From assembly GCA_012523405.1 (NCBI GenBank), contig JAAYIN010000045.1, positions 8,285 through 72,284 on the forward strand: 64,000 bases of DNA, written 5' to 3'. The first letter of the stretch is position 1. Every line of letters begins with the position of its first letter. The notes under the pieces were generated by a model. The model ran no database searches. It worked only from the letters and a program-made list of their open reading frames with translations, and had not been told where the DNA came from. Made by a program: the position numbers and the translations under genes. The stretch comes from Clostridiales bacterium (lineage in GTDB: Bacteria; Bacillota; Clostridia; Christensenellales; Aristaeellaceae). Of this stretch, positions 8,152 to 16,244 are shown piece after piece.

Positions 8152-9135
8152 ATGAGCAAGAAAATTATGGCAATCCTAATGGTAATGATGATGGTGCTTG
8201 GAATGAGCACAATGGCAATGGCAGCGGACGAAGATCCGACAATTACTAAGACCTATGAAAGTCTAGGAGATGGTTCGAGCCCTGCAGAGACCTTTACTTT
8301 TGACGAGTGGAAACTTTTTGCAGAGGACTCTCCTCTATCAGTAGAAGAAGTTGAGGCACTTGGGATGCCTAGCATTGGCGAAATCACATTTATAGAGGGT
8401 GCAGCCGGTAATACAACAGATGGAGTTAAATCGGCAGGCATAAACCTTCCTACATATACGAGAGTTGGTATATATACATATACATTCAATGAGGCGGCTG
8501 GCGATACAGCAGGTGTTACTTATCATTCAACTCAAATGACATTAAAAGTAACAGTGACTCAGGGTGCAGATGGTTTGGTAACCACCTCTGCAATTTATGC
8601 AGATGGAGTTGGAGAAGGCATCACTAAGACTGACAACATAACCAATACCTATGCCTCTGGTAAATTAACTGTAAAAAAGACAGTTTCTGGTAACGCGGGC
8701 GATCTGAAAAAACCGTTCACATTCACAGTAGTGTTGACCGTACCAGATAAAAAAGTAAACCGTAGTAAAATTGGTGCTGTTTTAAAGTCACAAATCGAGG
8801 GGAATACATTATCGGATCCTTCGACTGATGGTAATACAATCACCTATACCTTTGCGTTGGCTAATGGTGACACAGTTGCTTTTACTAATATTCCAGCAGG
8901 TGTCACCTATAGTGTAACGGAAATTGCTGAAGACTACACATCCTCTTTTGCAGAAGGTGCAACGTCTGGCGAGATTACAGGTAACGCTGATGTTAATACA
9001 ACAATTAATAATAAAAAGGATACAACCCCCGACACCGGTATTTCCCTTGACAACATTCCTTATATCATTCTGCTAAGCGTAGCATTCCTAGGCTTGCTGT
9101 TCTTCGTAACCAAGCGTCGTGCGATCAACGAATAA
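8152..9135 (+). CDS. Backbone pilin, Spy0128/T-antigen (FctA) type, two isopeptide domains
   Basis: GGAGG lies 8 nt upstream of the ATG at 8152. Signal peptide ends AMA/ADE. Family blocks: VGIYTYTFNEAAGDTAGVTYHSTQMTLKVTV and LTVKKTVSGNAGDLKKPFTFTVVL. The C-terminus is TPDTG, then a hydrophobic helix and KRRAINE. Confidence 0.85.
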   Translation: MSKKIMAILMVMMMVLGMSTMAMAADEDPTITKTYESLGDGSSPAETFTFDEWKLFAEDSPLSVEEVEALGMPSIGEITFIEGAAGNTTDGVKSAGINLPTYTRVGIYTYTFNEAAGDTAGVTYHSTQMTLKVTVTQGADGLVTTSAIYADGVGEGITKTDNITNTYASGKLTVKKTVSGNAGDLKKPFTFTVVLTVPDKKVNRSKIGAVLKSQIEGNTLSDPSTDGNTITYTFALANGDTVAFTNIPAGVTYSVTEIAEDYTSSFAEGATSGEITGNADVNTTINNKKDTTPDTGISLDNIPYIILLSVAFLGLLFFVTKRRAINE

Positions 9136-9159
9136 TTATTCCAAGCAAATGACCTTTCC

Positions 9160-9235
9160 TTCCGATGGGAGGTACGTCTCCTTCGGAATGTAGACCATTG
9201 GTATTGCGTGCAGGGCGGTACGTCGCCTTGCACGC
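9160..9235 (+). promoter_or_regulatory. Two tandem stem-loops with identical GTACGT loops between the pilin and sortase genes
   Basis: H1 spans 9160-9188 (ttccga.gggag GTACGT ctcct.tcggaa). H2 spans 9206-9235 (12-bp stem gcgtgcagggcg/cgccttgcacgc with one G-U pair). Neither is followed by a U-run. Confidence 0.5.
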
Positions 9236-9304
9236 TTACCGCGGTTCGCAAATCATGCTTGGGAAAGGAAACCATGGCGATTTCACCATGGGAACAATAA
9301 ATAA

Positions 9305-10099
9305 ATGTCACGTCAATTATTACGGTTGCTCAATGGTTTGGTCAGTACGGTGATTGTGCTGGCACTGATCGTTTCAGGCGTATATGCAGGATACGCCCTA
9401 TGGGATAATGAACAGATTTATGCATCGGCTGAAAATGTTCAAGCGGATATGATTCAGCTGAAACCCAAAGTCGTGGAAACAGCAGATGCTGAGGAAGAGG
9501 CAGGGCCATCCTTTGCGGAGCTGCTCGCCATCAACCCCGATGTATGCGGATGGGTGACGATGGATAACACAAGAATTGATCACCCCGTTTTGCAGGGCGA
9601 ATCAAATTTCTCTTATATCAACACGGATGTTTATGGAGACTTTGCACTCGCTGGCAGCATCTTTTTAGACTACAGATGCAACAAAGCGTTTACAGATTAT
9701 TATTCACTTACCTATGGCCATCATATGGTCAATGGCGGTATGTACGGCGATTTGGAACTTTATAAAGACAAAACGTTCTTTGAAGAAAATCGCACAGGAA
9801 CATTGATTACCCCCGATCGGGTATACTTACTTGAGACATTTGCTTGCCTAGTGGTGATTTCATCGGAAGATAATATATTCTATCCACAAAAATGGCAGGA
9901 TGAAATAGACGGATTGATCGACTTTGCGAAGCTGAATGCTATGCACCTTCACAATGACACGATCGATGCGATGCTGGAAGAAGAACTGGAAACAGGAGTA
10001 ATACCACAGGTGCTGGCGCTCACAACCTGCTCCTCTGAGTTTACAGATGCAAGAACCATTATACTGGCTGTGATGAAAGAGTACACACCAGCGAAATAG
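9305..10099 (+). CDS. Class B sortase (pilin-polymerising type)
   Basis: N-terminal TM anchor. Class B blocks: TRIDHPVLQGESNFSYINTDVYGDFALAGSIFLDYRC...LTYGHHM (His), LALTTCSSEF (Cys), TDARTIIL (Arg). Confidence 0.9.
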   Translation: MSRQLLRLLNGLVSTVIVLALIVSGVYAGYALWDNEQIYASAENVQADMIQLKPKVVETADAEEEAGPSFAELLAINPDVCGWVTMDNTRIDHPVLQGESNFSYINTDVYGDFALAGSIFLDYRCNKAFTDYYSLTYGHHMVNGGMYGDLELYKDKTFFEENRTGTLITPDRVYLLETFACLVVISSEDNIFYPQKWQDEIDGLIDFAKLNAMHLHNDTIDAMLEEELETGVIPQVLALTTCSSEFTDARTIILAVMKEYTPAK

Positions 10100-10114
10100 G
10101 GAGGATATTTGATT

Positions 10115-10774
10115 ATGAAGAAGAGCTTTCGTAGCACGGTCATTATGCTGTGCGCAATGGTACTATGCCTGATGGTGTGCACCTCTGGAGCATTGGCTGC
10201 TCAAAAGACTGTTTCGATTGATGTCGAGATCAAGCTGGAGGGTACGCCGCTGCCATCTCCCGCTGAGACATATACCGTGTTGATGCGCGCAGATGACGCA
10301 TCCTTTCCCATGCCTTCAGGCAGTTCTACCGGCTATTACGAGCTGAAGATCACAGGGGCAGGCACTGCAAAGTTCCCAGTGACGACCTATGATAAAGTAG
10401 GTGTCTACACGTATACCATTCAGCAGGTCGTTGGCGCGAATGCCCAGTGCACCTATGATCAGCGCATCTATGATTTGACGGTGACGATTACCAACAAGCT
10501 TCCTAATTATGATGGCTTTGATGCCTATGTGGCTTTCAACGAAAAAAGCGCAACGGAAAAGCCTGATAAGGCAGAGTTCATCAACAAGTATCCTATTGTC
10601 ACGCCAACCCCCACCACACCACCCTCCTCAGGCGACGGTACCATTACCGCTACAGGCGTAACAGACTCCTGGCCTTATTACTTGGCTGGTGCAGCTGTGC
10701 TGGTGATCATTGCCTTCGTTATGATTATGATCATGCGCCGTAAAGAGGATGAGACCGATGGTGAAAAAAACTAA
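10115..10774 (+). CDS. Small base pilin (FctB-like) with proline-rich tail
   Basis: GGGAGGA lies 10 nt upstream of the ATG at 10115. Signal peptide ends ALA/AQK. One pilin domain (VGVYTYTIQQVVGANAQCTYDQRIYDLTVTITN...AEFINKY). Tail PIVTPTPTTPPSSG. ITATG is followed by a hydrophobic helix and RRKEDE. Confidence 0.75.
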   Translation: MKKSFRSTVIMLCAMVLCLMVCTSGALAAQKTVSIDVEIKLEGTPLPSPAETYTVLMRADDASFPMPSGSSTGYYELKITGAGTAKFPVTTYDKVGVYTYTIQQVVGANAQCTYDQRIYDLTVTITNKLPNYDGFDAYVAFNEKSATEKPDKAEFINKYPIVTPTPTTPPSSGDGTITATGVTDSWPYYLAGAAVLVIIAFVMIMIMRRKEDETDGEKN

Positions 10775-11777
10775 GTCGGTTTCTCGCAAGCGTAGAGTGA
10801 GAAGAAGCAAGCGCATTGCGATGTGTGTGCTGATTCTGGCGCTTGTTATTGCTGCGGTTTTGGGCGTTCTCGCTTATGCTGAGATCAATGACCGAAAAGC
10901 TGGTGTGGACTATTACGACTCACTCGCATCTGCGAATCAAACGGATGCAAACACTGCGTCGCAATCTGTCGATCAAGCAAGCAATAGCCAAGGCAGTGCA
11001 TCAGGCGATCAGTCATCGCAGTCTAGTATAGATGACTATTTACAGTCGTTTACTGACGATGATGACGAGTATGCAACATCAGCTCAGCAACAGCCGTCTG
11101 CCGCAGACCAGTCTGGGACAGACCAATCTGGCACAGACCAGTCTGCTCCAGAAGCAACCGCTGCAAATGCCATAGCCTCAACGGCTGAGCCAGAGAAGAA
11201 AGTCGTCGTTCAATCGGAAATCGACTTTGAAACGCTCTGGAAAACCTGTCCTGATGTGGTTGGCTGGATTCGCTGCGAGGGCACTGTGATTGACTATCCC
11301 ATCGTTCAGGGAACGGATAACGACTACTACTTAGCCCATTTACCAGATGGCACTGCAAACAGAGCGGGCTCCATTATGATGGATGTCTCCTGCGACCCCG
11401 CATTCACCAATGACGTGACAATTTTGCACGGTCATAACATGAAGAGCGGTAAGATGTTTGGCGATCTATTTCGGTTCGGCGTAGAGGAGTACTATCTGAG
11501 GTTTCCGATATTGAGACTGTATACGCCAAGCGGTGATTACGATGTCGAGATATTTGCAGGTTGTACAGTCAACGGCGCAACATTTGGCTATCCGACGGTG
11601 TTTGCATCGGAGGAAGAGTACATTGCCTTTGTAGAGAAAATCGTGAAGGCAACTGCTTACGAAACGAATGTTGAGGTCAATTATCCGGATGAGATATTGC
11701 TGTTGTCAACATGCGCATATTCCTATCAGAATCAAAGATTCATCCTCGCGGGAAAGATCATGTTTCCAGAGGATTGA
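10758..11777 (+). CDS. Second class B sortase with a long low-complexity linker
   Basis: TM anchor CVLILALVIAAVLGVLAY, then about 100 aa rich in S/Q/D including DQSGTDQSGTDQS. Class B blocks follow: TVIDYPIVQGTDNDYYLAH...ILHGHNM, LLLSTCAYS, NQRFILAG. It overlaps the end of the base-pilin gene. Confidence 0.9.
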   Translation: MVKKTKSVSRKRRVRRSKRIAMCVLILALVIAAVLGVLAYAEINDRKAGVDYYDSLASANQTDANTASQSVDQASNSQGSASGDQSSQSSIDDYLQSFTDDDDEYATSAQQQPSAADQSGTDQSGTDQSAPEATAANAIASTAEPEKKVVVQSEIDFETLWKTCPDVVGWIRCEGTVIDYPIVQGTDNDYYLAHLPDGTANRAGSIMMDVSCDPAFTNDVTILHGHNMKSGKMFGDLFRFGVEEYYLRFPILRLYTPSGDYDVEIFAGCTVNGATFGYPTVFASEEEYIAFVEKIVKATAYETNVEVNYPDEILLLSTCAYSYQNQRFILAGKIMFPED

Positions 11778-11782
11778 AATGA

Positions 11783-11818
11783 AAACCATCCCTGATTGAA
11801 GTCAGGGATGGTTTTTTC
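11783..11818 (+). terminator. Rho-independent terminator closing the pilus operon
   Basis: 13-bp stem aaaccatccctga/tcagggatggttt followed by TTTTT. Confidence 0.85.
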
Positions 11819-11939
11819 TTGCAGATATGAATGTGCGGTGAATCTTTTGCAAATGCTGCCGGAAGCATTGTAATATTGTTTTTCATGCTTACAATAGGAA
11901 GAGTAGAGCATCAAATCCTATATCAAAGGAAGTAAGCAT

Positions 11940-12905
11940 ATGAAGATTACCAACGAGATGATGAATCCAGAGGTTAGGCTGAAGGGGAGCATCGTTCGCA
12001 AGCTCTTTCGGTTTAAGAGCCGCGAGACATTTGTTCGGTCGCAGAAAATGGTGGTGAAGGTGCGCAAGTTCATGAAGCCTAGGGCATTTGCATTCATTGA
12101 GCGAACGATCACCACCAGTGACAATAGCAGCTTAAGGCTGTGCCAATACCAAGCCTTTGAAACCAAACCGAATGCAATCGGTCTTTTGTGGATTCATGGC
12201 GGGGGATATGGGGTGGGTACGCCTGAGCAGGATATTGCGTTCATGAAGAGTTTCTTGGAGACAGCGAATTGCGTGATTATATCGCCTGACTACAGGCTTG
12301 CCATCGACGCCCCCTATCCAGCAGCTATGAATGATTGCTACGCTGCGCTTCTATGGATGCGCGAGCATGCCGAGGAATTGGGCATTAGAGAGGATCAGCT
12401 GTTTGTGGGCGGGGATAGTGCAGGCGGCGGGCTATCGGCGGCTACGGTGCTGTTTGCGCGCGACAACGGTAAGGTGAACGTAGCGTTTCAAATGCCGCTG
12501 TATCCGATGATTGATGACCGCATGATCACGCCCTCTTCGCAGGATAATGACGCACCCGTTTGGGATTCAGCCGCTAATAAAGTTGGCTGGCAGATGTATC
12601 TGGGCGATTTGTTCGAAACCGACGCAGTGCCCCCATATGCCGCACCAGCGAGGGCGAAGAACTTTGAGGGACTTCCACCCACATATACCTATGTAGGCAA
12701 TATTGAGCCCTTCTACGACGAAACAAAGCAGTATATAGATGACCTGAAAGCGGCGGGTGTGCAGGCAGAGCTTGATATATACCCAGGCTGCTTTCATGCG
12801 TTTGATATCATGTGCAAGAATTCCGCGGTTGGCAAACAAGCATCCGACCGTCTCAAGAAGCAATTCAAGTATGCGAGCGAGCATTATTTTGCAAAGCAGC
12901 CATGA
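11940..12905 (+). CDS. Alpha/beta hydrolase, esterase/lipase (HSL-like, Abhydrolase_3)
   Basis: Oxyanion motif WIHGGGYGVG, nucleophile elbow GDSAGGG, C-terminal GCFHAFD. Confidence 0.85.
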   Translation: MKITNEMMNPEVRLKGSIVRKLFRFKSRETFVRSQKMVVKVRKFMKPRAFAFIERTITTSDNSSLRLCQYQAFETKPNAIGLLWIHGGGYGVGTPEQDIAFMKSFLETANCVIISPDYRLAIDAPYPAAMNDCYAALLWMREHAEELGIREDQLFVGGDSAGGGLSAATVLFARDNGKVNVAFQMPLYPMIDDRMITPSSQDNDAPVWDSAANKVGWQMYLGDLFETDAVPPYAAPARAKNFEGLPPTYTYVGNIEPFYDETKQYIDDLKAAGVQAELDIYPGCFHAFDIMCKNSAVGKQASDRLKKQFKYASEHYFAKQP

Positions 12906-13181
12906 AACAGCATGGAGATTATGCGGTGATCATGCGCCCTATGTTTCGTAAGTTTCGGACAAATCAAATCCGCCAAGAGTTTATGAAAACAATCGAAAAG
13001 CAGCAAAATCGCGTGTAACCTTATGAAAACAGCCTCAAAAAGAATAAATCAGGCGAATAAAATGCATTAATTTAACATTTCTTTAAATCGTTTTCATAAT
13101 TCTCTTCCCATTTCGCAAAAATTGCTGTATATTATATAGAGTGACTAAAGATTGTATAGCGTATAATGGGAGTGAGACACT

Positions 13182-14075
13182 GTGGAAAAATCATTTAATA
13201 GTTTGAAGCAGCTAGAGCGTCATGTTGATGATTCTGTGCGTATGTACATTAACAGAGAATCAGATGATTATCCACGTCATTGGCATAATTCCTATGAGGT
13301 GATTATGCCGATTGAAAACACGTATTCAGTTGCAGTGGCTGAAGAAACCTATGTTTTGCAGCCGTATGATATACTCATCATCCCATCGGGCGTGGTGCAT
13401 GAGATTTACGCGCCAGAGAGCGGCAAGCGATACTTTTTCATGATCGATCAAAGTGAATTCTATGATATTGAGGGCATTGCTGCGGTTCAGCATTGCTTTT
13501 ATCCTTGTGTGTTCTTTGGACATAATGATGAATCCAGTGAGCTGGTTGGGATTCGTGACGCGCTTGCGCAGGTTACGGATGAGTTTGAAGAGAATGATTA
13601 TTTTGCGAGGACTTCGATACGCCTATGGCTAGGCGTTTTTTTCGTGCGCTCCAGCCGTTGGCTCATGGAAAAAGGGCAGATGACCCAGACGATTGCATCA
13701 GCAAAGCGCCACCAGACAACAGCTATACTGCTGGATGTCTGCAACTACATTGCGAAGAATTGCCACGAGAAGCTCTGTCTTGACGACATCGCTGCCTACA
13801 GCGGGTATAGCAAATATCACTTTGCAAGAATTTTTAAGAGCTTTTCAGGCATGAACCTATATGAATTTTATATGAGGCAGAGAATCACCCTATGTGAAAG
13901 GCTACTTGCTGACTCTTCGCTGACCATTACCGAAGTCGCATTACAGGCTGGATTTGATAGCATTGCGACATTCAATCGCATTTTTAAGCGATATGAAAAT
14001 GCAACGCCTTCACAATTTAGGCAAATGCTTCGCGAACGAAATATTCGAATTGTAAAGAATAATAGCAATAAATGA
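13182..14075 (+). CDS. AraC-family transcriptional regulator (cupin sensor plus HTH_18)
   Basis: GTG start. N-terminal cupin-like region (HWHNSYEVIMPIE). C-terminal AraC HTH (YSKYHFARIFKSFSGMNLYEFYMRQRI...AGFDSIATFNRIFKR). Confidence 0.9.
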   Translation: MEKSFNSLKQLERHVDDSVRMYINRESDDYPRHWHNSYEVIMPIENTYSVAVAEETYVLQPYDILIIPSGVVHEIYAPESGKRYFFMIDQSEFYDIEGIAAVQHCFYPCVFFGHNDESSELVGIRDALAQVTDEFEENDYFARTSIRLWLGVFFVRSSRWLMEKGQMTQTIASAKRHQTTAILLDVCNYIAKNCHEKLCLDDIAAYSGYSKYHFARIFKSFSGMNLYEFYMRQRITLCERLLADSSLTITEVALQAGFDSIATFNRIFKRYENATPSQFRQMLRERNIRIVKNNSNK

Positions 14076-14269
14076 TAGTCAAATGACGCTCAACGATTGG
14101 TGACACTTTACTTAAATGTTGTACCATTTGGAAAGAGAGACTCGTAAATTTACATGGTACAGGTGCTGCAATTGCTTCTCAAGCGAGAAGTATGATCAAA
14201 TGGCGCTCAAAAGGCGTCTACACGCTTTTTGAAACCGTGTTGGATCGCAGCCGAGGAGGGATGAGTGTT

Positions 14270-15241
14270 ATGAATCACAAGGGTGTGCGGAAAGAAAAAC
14301 TGGCGGCAAGTGATATTGCTATGCTGGGTAAGAAGGAAAAATTATCGACGCATATTGCAAAAAACTGGCAGCTATATGCTTTTTTAGTGATCCCAATTAT
14401 TTATTATATCGTCCTACGCTACATTCCTATGGCGGGCAATGTCATTGCATTTCGCAGATACCGCGCAGGAAGCAGCATTTTTGGTGACGAATGGAGCGGG
14501 CTGAAGTACTTCAGGCAATTCTGGCGCGACGGCAGCTATTGGCGTGCGTTTAGGAATACATTGACACTGAATATCTCCTATCTTGCATTCCGTTTCCCGA
14601 TGACATTGATTTTTGCATTGCTTCTAAACGAAATTAAGAACGTACGTTGGAAGAAACTCGTTCAAACGGTTTCGTATCTACCGCACTTTATCTCCATGGT
14701 TATTATCGCAGGTATGGTGCGCGAGCTGCTTTCCAGCAATGGTCCAATCAACCACATGCTGGTTGCGCTGGGAATGGATAAGATTTCATTTATCGCATTG
14801 CCCGAATGGTTCCCGACGATTTTCGTTGGCTCAGGTCTCTGGCAGGGGCTTGGCTGGGGTACAATCCTCTATCTGGCTGCGATGGCTAATATCAGCCCCA
14901 ATCTGTATGAGGCGGCAGAGGTTGATGGTGCAAGCCACTTCCAGCGCGTTATGCATATCACGATTCCAAGCATTATGCCAACCATTGCAACCCTTTTGAT
15001 ACTGGATATCGGCGGTTTGGTTGGTTCTGGCGGCTCGTTTGAAAAGGTATTCCTGCTGTATAACCCCATGACGTACGAAACGGCAGATATCGTTTCAACC
15101 TATGTTTTCAGAATGGGTCTTGGCTCTGGTAACTACAGTTATGCTACGGCAGTTGGTTTGTTTGAAGGCATTATCAACCTCGTCCTCCTGACCTTAGCAA
15201 ACATGATCTCATCTCGTTTAACTGATAATGGCTTGTGGTAA
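14270..15241 (+). CDS. Carbohydrate ABC transporter permease (LplB/MalF type)
   Basis: GGAGG lies 9 nt upstream of the ATG at 14270. Multi-TM protein with the EAA-type loop YEAAEVDGASHFQRVMHITIP. Confidence 0.9.
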   Translation: MNHKGVRKEKLAASDIAMLGKKEKLSTHIAKNWQLYAFLVIPIIYYIVLRYIPMAGNVIAFRRYRAGSSIFGDEWSGLKYFRQFWRDGSYWRAFRNTLTLNISYLAFRFPMTLIFALLLNEIKNVRWKKLVQTVSYLPHFISMVIIAGMVRELLSSNGPINHMLVALGMDKISFIALPEWFPTIFVGSGLWQGLGWGTILYLAAMANISPNLYEAAEVDGASHFQRVMHITIPSIMPTIATLLILDIGGLVGSGGSFEKVFLLYNPMTYETADIVSTYVFRMGLGSGNYSYATAVGLFEGIINLVLLTLANMISSRLTDNGLW

Positions 15242-15254
15242 GGAGGTTATCTAA

Positions 15255-16175
15255 ATGGCACAAACAGTTCAAACAAAGCCCGCACATTTAGGTAAACCGA
15301 TGCATGTCCGCGAATCCACGGGCTATCGTATCTTTACGGTTTTCAACACCATCTTGATGATTATCATTTGTGCGGTCACGCTGTATCCGTTCCTATACTT
15401 GGTCGCGCAGTCGTTTTCGTCCGAGCAGGCGATCATTCAGGGCAAGGTTAGCATCATCCCGGTTGAGTTTAACATCACAACCTATCAATCCGTGCTCGCA
15501 AAAGGCGATTTCCAGCGCTACTACCTCAATACCATCATCTATACGATTATCGGTACGGTTCTATCGCTGTTCACGACTGCATTGCTGGCATATCCGCTTT
15601 CAAAGAAGCACCTAAGGCTCAATAAGTTTTTTACACCGTTTATCATCTTCACCATGTATTTTGGCGGCGGCCTCATTCCTAACTACATGCTGATGGTAAA
15701 CCTAGGGGTGAAGAACACGGCAATGGGCTTCATTCTACCCGGCATGATCGGCACGTATTATGTGCTGTTGATGAAATCATTCTTTGCAGGGGTATCGCCT
15801 GAGCTTGAAGAAGCGGGCGAGCTGGATGGGCTGAGCAAGTTTGGCGTATTCTTTCGAATCGTCCTGCCGCTATCCATGCCAATCGTCGCAACGATGCTCC
15901 TGTTTTACGCATCAGGCTATTGGAACAACTGGTTTAACGCGTATCTCTATCTGGATGACAAGGAGAATTGGCCGATTGCATACTACCTCAAGACCATTAT
16001 CTCGGGTGCATCCACATCCGCAGACCCCGGTGAGGTAAGTGCTGAATCGATGCAGGTTGCAGCTAACATCAAATCCTGCTCAATGGTGCTGATGTCACTG
16101 CCCATCATCTGCGTATATCCATTCATTCAAAAGTATTATGTCCAAGGCATGATGCTCGGCGGTGTGAAGGAATAA
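15255..16175 (+). CDS. Carbohydrate ABC transporter permease (LplC/MalG type)
   Basis: Multi-TM protein with the EAA loop LEEAGELDGLSKFGVFFRIVLP. Confidence 0.9.
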   Translation: MAQTVQTKPAHLGKPMHVRESTGYRIFTVFNTILMIIICAVTLYPFLYLVAQSFSSEQAIIQGKVSIIPVEFNITTYQSVLAKGDFQRYYLNTIIYTIIGTVLSLFTTALLAYPLSKKHLRLNKFFTPFIIFTMYFGGGLIPNYMLMVNLGVKNTAMGFILPGMIGTYYVLLMKSFFAGVSPELEEAGELDGLSKFGVFFRIVLPLSMPIVATMLLFYASGYWNNWFNAYLYLDDKENWPIAYYLKTIISGASTSADPGEVSAESMQVAANIKSCSMVLMSLPIICVYPFIQKYYVQGMMLGGVKE

Positions 16176-16244
16176 TCCTATCGTGACTCAAGGTGCATGG
16201 ATTGCATCATAAAAATATGAAAAATATGGAAGGGGACATTGTCA

